Below, one piece after another: positions 18,543 to 27,933 of a stretch of 64,000 nucleotides of DNA. The stretch's first letter is position 1. Every line of letters begins with the position of its first letter. The notes beneath the pieces are model-generated. The model was given only the letters and a program-made list of their open reading frames with translations. It did not search any database and was not told the DNA's origin. A program made the position numbers and the translations under genes. The stretch comes from a virus, in the IMG/VR virus record IMGVR_UViG_3300029585_000085, positions 13,133 through 77,132 of that record; one strand, written 5' to 3'.

Positions 18543-20399
18543 ATGCCTGAACCGACTCCACTCTTTTACCCTTCGATCGTCGTCAACCTGCGCTTGCGCT
18601 TTGACGAGTCCTACCAGGTTGTCGACCTGCCCGAGCCTATCGAGCAGCGCGGCGTGGTCGATGCTGTTTCGGGGACGGCCGGGCCGTACCGTCGCCCGCT
18701 CATCACCCAGCAGGGCAAGGACAACCTCTCTCACATCCTCAACCGCGTCCCGAAGACTGCGAGCATCCAGCTCCCAGGCTACCGAACGGCGGGGACCTTC
18801 AATCTGAACTTTGACTACCGCGAGTTGCCCATCGACCCGCGCCTTCTTCGTGCGATCGGCGTTGAAATCTACCAGGGATCGGTCAACCCAGAAGATTTCG
18901 CAACGGGAATGACACAGGTGCAGCCCGACGGAACCCGCGTGTCGATCCTCAACGTCTACGACGAAGCAGGGAACCCAAAGGACGACCTGATGACGCTCGC
19001 CGGCGTTGTCGACAGCTGGCGGATGACTCACGACGGAAGCGGGTCATGGATTCAAATGGAAGGCCGCGACCTCCGCGGAATCTTCCTGGACAGCCCGATC
19101 GACCTCCGCATCTTCAAGCAAATCGACCTTCGTGGGACGATCGTCGACGTCGTTGGCGCCATCATCGACACGCATCCGGCTGGCGAGGACATGGAGATTG
19201 TGGCCTTCCCCGACGAGTGGCCGAATCAGGAACTTCCAAGCCCAGCGGACAAGGATGGGCTCACAAGAGTCCGGCGAAAAGCCAACGGAGCAGGCGCTTC
19301 GCTCGGTTCTCAGAGCAACAACGCCAACTACTGGGACATCATCACCAAGTACTGCCTCCTCGTCGGAGGCATTCCCTATTTCAGGGGTCGGCAGCTTCAC
19401 ATCCGAAAAGCTCGGTCCGTCTTCTCTCAGCAGACGACCAAAAACTTTCGCCTGTCGCCGTTCCGCGCTCCCAACAGCCAGCTCCCCGTGCCCCGCGTCG
19501 ACGACCTTGGCGAGGACTACTACGTCCGGCGCATGGTCTACGGTCGCAACATCGACTCCCTCACCTTCGAGCGGAAGTTCACAGGCACCAAGGTTCCGGT
19601 AATCGAGGTCGTATCCCACGACCAGAGCGGACCATCTCGCGGGCCCGGGAAGCTACTCATCCAGCAGTGGCCACCGAAGGACAAGAAGACGGCTCGAATC
19701 AGTGGCGTGGCTCCCTCTGGAGAAGTTGCGCAGACGGACATCAAGCGCATCCGCGTTCCCGGCATCCGTAGCAAAGAGCAGCTCCTGGAGATTGCCAAAG
19801 ACCTCTATGAGGAGATTGGGCGCCAGGAGATCGGCGGCGCTGTGATGACCAAGTCTCTTGCCTCTCTCAATGGCGAGAACTCGGACCCCGACCTCCTCCG
19901 CTTGCAGCCTGGCGACGGCGTCGAGTTTCTCGTGGACGTCCAGGCGCTCAATTCTCGAAGCCCCATCTCTTCTCAGTTTACGGACGCCAATCGTCGGAGT
20001 TTCGATGAGCAGGTGGAGGCGATCCGCCAAGACTGGCTCCGCAAATCGGGAACGGTGGACGAGAACCTCATCCGCGTGCTCGTCGCAACTGGCCGAAGCT
20101 CGATCATCGACCTGCTTCGCTTCTTCCGCGTCGCCAACATTCGGTACAACTGGCAGAACGGTGTGGTCGCGGTGAACTTCGACTTCCAGAACTACATCGT
20201 GGTTCGGTCCGACGAAGTCCCCGCCGAGAACAAGACGCCGCGCCGTCGTCGTCGCGTTGGTCGCCGCCGAAACCGTCCGAAGGTGCCAAGGCCCACGCCT
20301 CCATTGGATGGCATCAAGGCCCCGTCTCCTATTCGTCCCACCACGAGCTTCGCCGGTACCGGCCGCTCGGGGCAGATCAACATCGACCCCCTAAGGTAG
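18543..20399 (+). CDS. Baseplate hub protein (gpD/gp27-like)
   Basis: 618 aa, IQMEGRDLRGIFLD motif, synteny. Confidence 0.75.
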   Translation: MPEPTPLFYPSIVVNLRLRFDESYQVVDLPEPIEQRGVVDAVSGTAGPYRRPLITQQGKDNLSHILNRVPKTASIQLPGYRTAGTFNLNFDYRELPIDPRLLRAIGVEIYQGSVNPEDFATGMTQVQPDGTRVSILNVYDEAGNPKDDLMTLAGVVDSWRMTHDGSGSWIQMEGRDLRGIFLDSPIDLRIFKQIDLRGTIVDVVGAIIDTHPAGEDMEIVAFPDEWPNQELPSPADKDGLTRVRRKANGAGASLGSQSNNANYWDIITKYCLLVGGIPYFRGRQLHIRKARSVFSQQTTKNFRLSPFRAPNSQLPVPRVDDLGEDYYVRRMVYGRNIDSLTFERKFTGTKVPVIEVVSHDQSGPSRGPGKLLIQQWPPKDKKTARISGVAPSGEVAQTDIKRIRVPGIRSKEQLLEIAKDLYEEIGRQEIGGAVMTKSLASLNGENSDPDLLRLQPGDGVEFLVDVQALNSRSPISSQFTDANRRSFDEQVEAIRQDWLRKSGTVDENLIRVLVATGRSSIIDLLRFFRVANIRYNWQNGVVAVNFDFQNYIVVRSDEVPAENKTPRRRRRVGRRRNRPKVPRPTPPLDGIKAPSPIRPTTSFAGTGRSGQINIDPLR

Positions 20400-20402
20400 C
20401 CC

Positions 20403-21014
20403 ATGTCGTCGCAATCCAGAGTAGCCAGAACCCCAGACGTCCGCCGCATCGCGGAGGCGGTGTCCGCGCCTGGAATCGACCCACGGTGCTGGGAGTGCTT
20501 GGCCTACGTGACGGAGTTCAACATCGACGAGGAGGGTCCCTACGTCGATGTGATCCTCATGCCCGAGAACTACCCCGAGACGGCTCGCGTTGGCGCCGAG
20601 TACGCCGGCCCGAACTTCGGTCTCTACGTCCCAATCGAGAAGGACACCGAGGTCGTGGTGGGCTTCCCTGGCGGTGATCCGGACGAGGGGCTCGTGGTCC
20701 TTCGCCGCCTGTGGAGCAAGTCGGACCCACCACCGCAGCTCGCACGCGACAACCCCGAAGACATCATCCTCGTTGCCAAGGAGGGCGCGAACATCCGCAT
20801 CGTCACGCAGGGCGGCGGCCAGGTGCTCGTCCAGGACATCGACGGAGAGGCGAAGGAGCTGGCTCTCAAGAGCGACGTCCAGGAGGTCGTGGACGCTCTC
20901 ACCAACTCGGCAACGGGTGGCGCGGATGGCGGAGCCACCTACAAAGCGAACATCACCCTGTCGCTAACACAGGCGCAAACACCAACAGGAACCGAGGTCC
21001 TGAAAGGCGAATAG
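20403..21014 (+). CDS. Baseplate central spike (gpV-like)
   Basis: OB-fold-like GLYVPIEKDTEVVVGFPGGDPD motif. Confidence 0.8.
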   Translation: MSSQSRVARTPDVRRIAEAVSAPGIDPRCWECLAYVTEFNIDEEGPYVDVILMPENYPETARVGAEYAGPNFGLYVPIEKDTEVVVGFPGGDPDEGLVVLRRLWSKSDPPPQLARDNPEDIILVAKEGANIRIVTQGGGQVLVQDIDGEAKELALKSDVQEVVDALTNSATGGADGGATYKANITLSLTQAQTPTGTEVLKGE

Positions 21015-21848
21015 ATGAGTTACGGATTTGAGTCATACGGGCTAGATGCCTACGGAAGTAACGCGGCCGCATCTGTCGGCCCTTTGACGTTTCTGGGGGC
21101 TGTCGCCATCTCCACCAACATTGTGCAGGTGACGCTCTCAAAACCGCCACAGGCGTTGAGTTCCCAGCTCGCCGGCGACGCCCTCAACCCGGCAACGTGG
21201 AGCGTCATCCGCAACGATACCGGCGTTGGCTTCACGGTCGTTGAGATCACGCCAACCACGAGCGACCAGGTGTGGAACGTCCGCGTACTTGAGCCTCTCG
21301 CTAGCTCGAACGTGGCCCACACCATCGCCGCGAGCGGTCTTCTCGCTGCCGACGGCGGCCTCTCTGGCAGCCCAACGAGCGCAGAGTTCCAGGGCATGCT
21401 GTCGACCAAGACGGCGACACCGGACGCCCTGGCAGCCGATCGGGACTTCTCCATCGTCGACCTCGCGAACCCGCAGGCATCGCTCTCCAGTGGTGCAACG
21501 GGCGGCGTCTACACCATCGGCCAGGACGGAGACTACGACCTGGACGGCGGGACGGACTTTGTTCGGAAGCTCATTCTTCGTCGCCTCATGACAGTTCGAG
21601 GCGGCTACCGGTTCCTTCCGAACTTCGGCCTTGGCATCCAGGTCAAGCAGCCCCTCCCCGCCGCGGACGTCATCTCGTTTCAGAAGGAAATCGAGACCCA
21701 GGTAAAACTGGAACCCGAGGTGGACAAGGTGCGAGTCTTGGTTACGCAAGATCGAAACGCTTTGACCGTACTCGTCCAGGCCAATTTGAGAGCAACCGGA
21801 CAGAACATCACGGTGCCGCTAGAAGTGCCGTTCACTGTAGAGCTTTAA
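21015..21848 (+). CDS. Baseplate wedge gp25/GpW-like with N-terminal Ig-like extension
   Basis: C-terminal ILRRLMT.RG.Y..LPNFGLG...EPEVDKV motif. Confidence 0.75.
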   Translation: MSYGFESYGLDAYGSNAAASVGPLTFLGAVAISTNIVQVTLSKPPQALSSQLAGDALNPATWSVIRNDTGVGFTVVEITPTTSDQVWNVRVLEPLASSNVAHTIAASGLLAADGGLSGSPTSAEFQGMLSTKTATPDALAADRDFSIVDLANPQASLSSGATGGVYTIGQDGDYDLDGGTDFVRKLILRRLMTVRGGYRFLPNFGLGIQVKQPLPAADVISFQKEIETQVKLEPEVDKVRVLVTQDRNALTVLVQANLRATGQNITVPLEVPFTVEL

Positions 21849-21855
21849 GGAAACC

Positions 21856-23082
21856 ATGGCAGACCTACCTTCAAGAAAAGACCTCTTCCGAGTAGCCCGA
21901 GACGAAGCGATCCGCCGCAACGGAGCCCTGAAGCGTGCAGTCATCGAGCGCGACGGCTCGGACGCCAACATCGTAGCCAACATGAACGTGGCTGCCGGCA
22001 ACGAAGTGATCGGCCAGGTCCTTCGCATCCAGTCTGGTGCGTTCCTCGACTCTGCCCGCGGCGAGTTCCTCGATCGGCTCGTCTTCGACCGCTACGGCCT
22101 GGTAAGGAAGCCGGCGGCGTCCGCCCTGGGCACGGTGACCTTCTTCACGACCGCGCCGAACCCTGCGGGCTTCACGATTCCTGTCGGGACCACTCTTTCC
22201 ACTGCCGACGGAATCGAGTTCCTCACGACGGTTGCCACGAGCTTCCCGCCGGCCGTCACTGGCCCGATCTTCGTCCCTGTTCGCTCGGTCCTCGCTGGCT
22301 CCGACCAGCAGGCAGCGGTGGGCACTATCACCTCCATCGTTTCGACCATCACAGGGCAGCCCACGGACCTCCAGGTGACCAACACCGTTGCGACGGCCGG
22401 GGCGGACGATGCGGAGCTTGATGAGAGCCTCCGGGACAGAGCCCGCCGCTATTTCACGACGGTCCAGCGCGGCACCACGGGGGCTCTGGAGGCGCGCGCC
22501 CTGGCGTTCCCCGGCGTCAATAAGGCCAGCGCCATCGAGGTCCTAGACAGCCTGGGGCGCCCTGCTCGCTTCGTCCAGCTCATCATCGCGGACCGCTTCA
22601 CGGACGCTTTGGCGGACCTCTCTGAGACGGACCCCACCTACGACACCCAGAGCCAGCAGCTTGCCCAGCAGGTCTTCCTGAGCCTCGATGAGTACCGGGC
22701 GGCCGGCTCCTTCGTCCAGGTCATTGTGGGCCAGGCGATCCTCGTCTCGGCACAGCTCCAGCTCACCTTCTCGGCCGGCGTCGATGCCGACTCGGTGGCC
22801 CTTCAGGCGCGCGCCGCGATCGTCAACTACATCAACTTCCTCCAGCCTGGGGCGGCCTTCGTTCCTTCCGACGCCATCGAGACTGCGCTCCGACCCATCA
22901 CGGGCCTGATCATCACGGGGAACGAGATCCTCACGCCGGCGGGAACGGTCCAGCCGAACTCCACGCAGCTCCTGCGAACCTCTCTGGCGCTGGTCACGGC
23001 CGTTGCGGTCCAGACCTCCCAGCCTGTCGCACTCACCACGAACCCCGACGCCTTCGTCTCAGGGACGCCCGTCACCTTCTAA
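21856..23082 (+). CDS. Baseplate J-like protein
   Basis: ARGEFLDRL, GADDAELDESLRDRARRY, RGTTGALE motifs. Confidence 0.9.
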   Translation: MADLPSRKDLFRVARDEAIRRNGALKRAVIERDGSDANIVANMNVAAGNEVIGQVLRIQSGAFLDSARGEFLDRLVFDRYGLVRKPAASALGTVTFFTTAPNPAGFTIPVGTTLSTADGIEFLTTVATSFPPAVTGPIFVPVRSVLAGSDQQAAVGTITSIVSTITGQPTDLQVTNTVATAGADDAELDESLRDRARRYFTTVQRGTTGALEARALAFPGVNKASAIEVLDSLGRPARFVQLIIADRFTDALADLSETDPTYDTQSQQLAQQVFLSLDEYRAAGSFVQVIVGQAILVSAQLQLTFSAGVDADSVALQARAAIVNYINFLQPGAAFVPSDAIETALRPITGLIITGNEILTPAGTVQPNSTQLLRTSLALVTAVAVQTSQPVALTTNPDAFVSGTPVTF

Positions 23083-23085
23083 GCC

Positions 23086-23391
23086 ATGCAAACGCTATCC
23101 AACCTTCAGCCGCCGGACATGTCCAACTTGGGCATCATCCAGCCCATTACCTTCACGATCCAGGGGCCGGATGCCTCTTCCTTCGTGGGCATCTGGGTTC
23201 AGTACGAGGGAGACGATGAGGAGGTCCTGGCCTACGACGGGACAAGCTTCATCACTCCCTTTGTGCAGAACTCCACGGTGGAGAAGACCCTCGGAGACGA
23301 CACGCTTCAAAACTTCTCGGTGGTACCAGAGGGCGGATGGCCGGCAAATCTCGCTAGCATCCGGGTGCAGGGGTTCCCGGTGATTTCTTAG
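23086..23391 (+). CDS. Small baseplate/tail protein, paralogous to the C-terminus of the next gene
   Basis: Manual alignment with the 23402 ORF C-domain. Confidence 0.7.
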   Translation: MQTLSNLQPPDMSNLGIIQPITFTIQGPDASSFVGIWVQYEGDDEEVLAYDGTSFITPFVQNSTVEKTLGDDTLQNFSVVPEGGWPANLASIRVQGFPVIS

Positions 23392-23401
23392 GGGGTAGAC
23401 G

Positions 23402-24394
23402 ATGACGGCATTCAGAGAAGCAGAGCAGGTATTTACGGGGGTCAACGCTACGAGCATTACGATCCCCGTTCCGGCGACTGCTGTCGCTGGCGACTTGATG
23501 ATCGCGCTCATCAACGGCGGCCCCGAGACCATCACGACGTTCCCGGCCGGATGGACGCACATCCCCGGCTCTCCGTTTGTCCAGGCTGGCCCGCCGGACA
23601 ACAACTTCACTGTGATGACGAAGGTCCACAGCGACGGAGGCCCCGAGCCCGCGGACTACACCTGGGTGCGCAACGCCAACTTTACGCCGATCGGGGGAGC
23701 AATCGTTGCGTTCGAGGATGCCGTCCTGGACTTCATCAACATCGCAGGCGCAAACGTCGGGTACCCGCTCGGCCAGACCCCGCTCTACAACGGGAATGAC
23801 ATTTCGTCCCTGTTCTACTTCACGGCTATCGGCATCACCGGGGAGTACTACCTGGCCGGCGCCTCCGTGATCGACCCATCTCCGACCTTCACCGAGGTTG
23901 TTGACGTCAACAACAACGGGAATGGCGGCCACATCCAGGCGCAGTTCGGACCCGCTGTTGGTCCTGGTCTTCAGACCGTAGACATCAACCTCAGCGCGGC
24001 AGCTCCGGCCACGGCTCACTCCTGGACGATGCTGGGACTTCGCTCCGCTATGCCTGCCACTCGTGGGATTGTGGACGTGGTTCCGGCTAACACACCACAG
24101 GGGCCGGCTCTGGACACGCCCATCTCCTTCGGTGTTGTCGGCCCTGTGAACATCGAGAGCCTCGGCGTCGCGATTCGGTACCTTCGGGACCCGAACTACT
24201 ACGTGATCTACGAGCTGGACGAGTTCACCGCTCGGTATGCCTTCGGTTCCTCCGTCTCTGGGATGGGTACCACCCGCGTCGACTTCACTGTTTTCGAGAC
24301 CGGGGGATGGCGCGGCGACCTCCTGGACCTCCGGGTCTTTGGAATCGATGCGGACGGCGTGAAATTCCTCTACAACGTACTGGAGGCCCCGTAA
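23402..24394 (+). CDS. Tail/baseplate-associated beta-rich protein
   Basis: 330 aa; N-terminal beta-rich fibre/lectin-like domain. Confidence 0.75.
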   Translation: MTAFREAEQVFTGVNATSITIPVPATAVAGDLMIALINGGPETITTFPAGWTHIPGSPFVQAGPPDNNFTVMTKVHSDGGPEPADYTWVRNANFTPIGGAIVAFEDAVLDFINIAGANVGYPLGQTPLYNGNDISSLFYFTAIGITGEYYLAGASVIDPSPTFTEVVDVNNNGNGGHIQAQFGPAVGPGLQTVDINLSAAAPATAHSWTMLGLRSAMPATRGIVDVVPANTPQGPALDTPISFGVVGPVNIESLGVAIRYLRDPNYYVIYELDEFTARYAFGSSVSGMGTTRVDFTVFETGGWRGDLLDLRVFGIDADGVKFLYNVLEAP

Positions 24395-25585
24395 ATGCCT
24401 AGTTTTAGTTACACCGTTATCAACAACCTGCCGCCGGTTCCATTTTCGAGTAGCAACCCGATCTTGGCTCCGGCGCCAGGCGTTTCGGCGTGCTTTCCAA
24501 AATTCAAGACCCAGCAGGACTTCCTCGACCTCTTCGATCGCATCGTTCCACCCGACTACATCGAGCCTTTGAAGTCACCCGGGCCCGGCTACGAGATCTA
24601 CCAGATGTTCGGGGCCACCTACGAGCGTTGCAGCCTTGCCGCTGGGCGCGCTGAGTGCCAGGTCTACATCACGCTGGCCCACGGACCGAACAAGGCGCGC
24701 GGCGAGGTCGAGTTCTTTCGGGAGACGGATGCGAACGGCGCCTTCACCCTACTGGCGGGGACGATTGTCCGAGACAGCGAGCAGCAGCGCGAGTTTCGCC
24801 TTCTTGAGAATCTGGAGTTCGGCGCCACGGACCTGAAGAAGGTCGCGGTTGTCGAAGCTGTCCAGCCAGGGTTTCAGTACAACCTCAACGGCATCAAGGT
24901 CGACGCCAACGGGGATGAGATCGAGGGGCAGATCGACGAAGTGAACCTACCCCTCCAGGATCCTCCCTACGCAGAGCCGAACATCGAGGTGCGCCAGGCA
25001 ACGGACACGGTAGGCGGACAGCCAGGGTCGCTTGACCAGCTTGGGGCGGACCGGTCGATCAACCGCTCTCCGAACGAGACGGATGAGGAGTATCGGGTTC
25101 GCGTCCGAACACTTCCCGACACGATCAGCCCTGCCGCCATCCGTAGGCAGTTAGATGCCTTCTTTTTGCCCACTGGAATCCCCTACGAGTTCATCGAGGT
25201 GTTCGAAAACCAGTGGCAGTCCTGCTGGAACGCGCCGGCGGGGGCAATCATCAACCCGATCGTGGGCAACTACGATCCGAACCTGTTCGTCTACAACGAC
25301 CCGCGAGACATAGCAGGCAACCGATGGCTTGATGCCAGCTCTGCCGCCGGTGGGTTCGTCATTCGTATCCCCAACTTCACCATCGACGATGTCGGCTTCC
25401 CCTACGACGCGGCCGACGTCTCAGAGGTTTTCGGAATTCCCGCTTACGACGTGACGCTTGCAGACGCCGGCGCCTACGACGGAGAGGATTTGGGCGTGTC
25501 GTCGCTGTTATTGCAACTCGTCGACCTACTGAGGAAGATCAAGGCCGCAGGGATTGCGGCCATCATCGAGCTAGAGGGCCAGTAA
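24395..25585 (+). CDS. Baseplate wedge subunit (J/I-like hybrid)
   Basis: SLDQLGADR...NETDEEYRVRV motif, synteny. Confidence 0.65.
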   Translation: MPSFSYTVINNLPPVPFSSSNPILAPAPGVSACFPKFKTQQDFLDLFDRIVPPDYIEPLKSPGPGYEIYQMFGATYERCSLAAGRAECQVYITLAHGPNKARGEVEFFRETDANGAFTLLAGTIVRDSEQQREFRLLENLEFGATDLKKVAVVEAVQPGFQYNLNGIKVDANGDEIEGQIDEVNLPLQDPPYAEPNIEVRQATDTVGGQPGSLDQLGADRSINRSPNETDEEYRVRVRTLPDTISPAAIRRQLDAFFLPTGIPYEFIEVFENQWQSCWNAPAGAIINPIVGNYDPNLFVYNDPRDIAGNRWLDASSAAGGFVIRIPNFTIDDVGFPYDAADVSEVFGIPAYDVTLADAGAYDGEDLGVSSLLLQLVDLLRKIKAAGIAAIIELEGQ

Positions 25586-26764
25586 ATGAAGCAACCATTC
25601 GACAGAACAATCATCAACCCGCTGGAGAAGCCTCTGGCGGACGATATCAACCAAGCGGCGACCAACATCGACTACTCGCTCCGCTTCTTCGCGGCTGCCC
25701 TCTTCCAGAACCTGGAGAGCGGGACGCCCGACGACGGATTCATGTCGAACAGCTTCAAGGTTGTCCCCAACTCGCCCGAAGGCCTGAGCGTCATTCTTCA
25801 GAGCGGTCTCGGCTTTCAGCTCATCAACTCGACCGAGATTGCGATCGACGGGGTTGTTGGGCTCGACGACTTGGAGACATACAAGCCACTGCCGCTGGTC
25901 GGAAACCAGACATTCGTGGTCCCTGCCCCTCCTCTTGCTCCGAACTCTCGGATCGACATAATCGAGGTTCGCGCCGAGCGAGTGACCACGGACCCGAGCA
26001 ACCGGCAGGTGTTCGACCCCGGACTCGGCCAGTTCGTCCCCGGAATCCTCCAGAAGACTCTAGCCTGGGCCCTCGACGGCAAGGTTGGAACGGTCAACGC
26101 GCCGGCATCTTCGACACAGCCCATCAGTTACGTTGTGGGGCAGGAGGGGAACCCGGGGGTCGCGCCGCCAACTACGCCCGGCTACATCAAGGTCGCGGAG
26201 ATCTTCGTAGACAACGGGGCGCTCACCATCTCGGACGCAGAGATCACGGACTCGCGAGTTGTCATCACGGACCGCGAGTTTTTGATGCACTACCCGGCGG
26301 CAGGTGGCTACCCAAACCCGGGCAGTACAAGCGCTGAGCAGTTCTTGACCGCAAGCGTAGCCCTCAACGGTGGCCAAACCCCTTGGTACATCAACATCGG
26401 GCTTGGAATGCAGGAGGGCGACATCGTCGAGGATGTCGTCGTTGTTGTGGAAAGGCAGAACGGGCCGACGAACGACATCCAGACGAACTTTTGGCTCACC
26501 GAGTTCGACTTCAGCGTGGTCCCTGGCTCGTCGTCGCTCGCCATAAAGTCCAGAGGAAACACTGGGCCGACTGGCCCTCTCGGAGTTTACGAGATCGGCC
26601 ACAGGGACAACGTTCTACCCTTCCCGGACCCACCTGGGACTTTCCCGTTTGTGTGGACGAAGGGCGCGCAGGGAGTCATCGAGGCAGTATCGCTTACCGA
26701 GGATGACCTCCTGCACTCTGCCTACCTCATCGTCCGCCGACCAGTCATCAAGAGGCCCGCATAA
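25586..26764 (+). CDS. Tail fibre/baseplate protein, paralog 1
   Basis: N-terminal ~230 aa clearly homologous to the next ORF. Confidence 0.75.
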   Translation: MKQPFDRTIINPLEKPLADDINQAATNIDYSLRFFAAALFQNLESGTPDDGFMSNSFKVVPNSPEGLSVILQSGLGFQLINSTEIAIDGVVGLDDLETYKPLPLVGNQTFVVPAPPLAPNSRIDIIEVRAERVTTDPSNRQVFDPGLGQFVPGILQKTLAWALDGKVGTVNAPASSTQPISYVVGQEGNPGVAPPTTPGYIKVAEIFVDNGALTISDAEITDSRVVITDREFLMHYPAAGGYPNPGSTSAEQFLTASVALNGGQTPWYINIGLGMQEGDIVEDVVVVVERQNGPTNDIQTNFWLTEFDFSVVPGSSSLAIKSRGNTGPTGPLGVYEIGHRDNVLPFPDPPGTFPFVWTKGAQGVIEAVSLTEDDLLHSAYLIVRRPVIKRPA

Positions 26765-27924
26765 TGTCCAACAGTCCATTCGATAGAACCATTATCAACT
26801 CCCTGGAGAAGCCACTCTCTGGGGACATCAACCGCTTCCTTGCGGAGCTGGACCGGTCCCTTCGCTTTTTCGCAAAGTCTCTCTACTCAAGGGAGGATGG
26901 GGCCATCGTTTCCGGATTCGTCAAAGGCGGATTCCGCGTTGTCGAGCAAAGCCCTGTGGCGATGGAAGTCATCCTGAAGGCCGGGCTTGGGTTCCAGGAC
27001 AACCCCGGAGATGTCCCCGTGGACATCAACGGAGTGACAAACCTCAACGACCTGGAGAGCTACAAGCCCATGGCTCTCCTATCGGACATCACGATTCCGA
27101 TTGCCGCCGCACCGGCTGCACCGAACTCGCGTATCGACATCCTTGAGGTGAGAGCCGATCGCGTTCTCGCCGACCTTGAGAGCCGGCAGATCTTCGACAA
27201 CTCAACGCAGGCCTTTTCGCCTGTGCTTGTGGAGAAGACACTCCAGTTCCTTCTCACTGCCGCAAACTTCGGAACGGTCAACGACCCGAATCCATCGGTC
27301 GACCCGATCAGTTTGAAGCAAGGAGCGGTTGGCAACCCTGGCGTTGCTCCGGCCACCACCCCCGGATATCTGAAGGTCTGCGAGATCTTCGTAGACGGCA
27401 ACGCGGTGTCCATCGACAACGGGGACATCACGGACTTCCGTGAGCCTCTTGGTCGGGACGCCACTCCGCAGACCATTTTCGTTCCCGCGGCACTCGGCCA
27501 GCCAGGGGTTATCTTCCCAGGCCCTCAGAACCGGATGTTCTACGGACCAACGGTCAATGGCTGGAGTTCAAACGCCGGCATCGAGATGGAGCTTCAGATT
27601 CCCGTAAACGTCTCGCCAATCGGACCAGGCGACCAAATCTTGGCGGTCGAGGCTTTGGTTCATGACGCCGCCGGCGCCGTCATCGAGTTCAGCCTGCGAG
27701 ATTCGATCGTTCCCGGGACAGGCGCGCCGGTTGTCTCCGACGTCGGCGTGTCCGGTGGAGTCGGTGCAGAGGAGACCGTTCCGCTCACCAACATCAACTT
27801 TAACGGCGGGTCCAATATCGTCGAAGCCGGCCACCTTTACTCGGTCATCTTCGGAGAGCAGACCGCAATCAACCCGCGAACCCTCAGGGTGTACGGCCTG
27901 AACGTCACCTACATCCCAGCCTAG
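26764..27924 (+). CDS. Tail fibre/baseplate protein, paralog 2
   Basis: FDRTIIN.LEKPL..DIN motif shared with the previous ORF. Confidence 0.75.
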   Translation: MSNSPFDRTIINSLEKPLSGDINRFLAELDRSLRFFAKSLYSREDGAIVSGFVKGGFRVVEQSPVAMEVILKAGLGFQDNPGDVPVDINGVTNLNDLESYKPMALLSDITIPIAAAPAAPNSRIDILEVRADRVLADLESRQIFDNSTQAFSPVLVEKTLQFLLTAANFGTVNDPNPSVDPISLKQGAVGNPGVAPATTPGYLKVCEIFVDGNAVSIDNGDITDFREPLGRDATPQTIFVPAALGQPGVIFPGPQNRMFYGPTVNGWSSNAGIEMELQIPVNVSPIGPGDQILAVEALVHDAAGAVIEFSLRDSIVPGTGAPVVSDVGVSGGVGAEETVPLTNINFNGGSNIVEAGHLYSVIFGEQTAINPRTLRVYGLNVTYIPA

Positions 27925-27933
27925 GAATAGCCA

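Noticed and set aside
18577-18590. Extra CGTCGTCAAC match inside the baseplate hub gene
   Set aside because: Explained by Val-Val-Asn codons in a coding region; not counted as a regulatory copy
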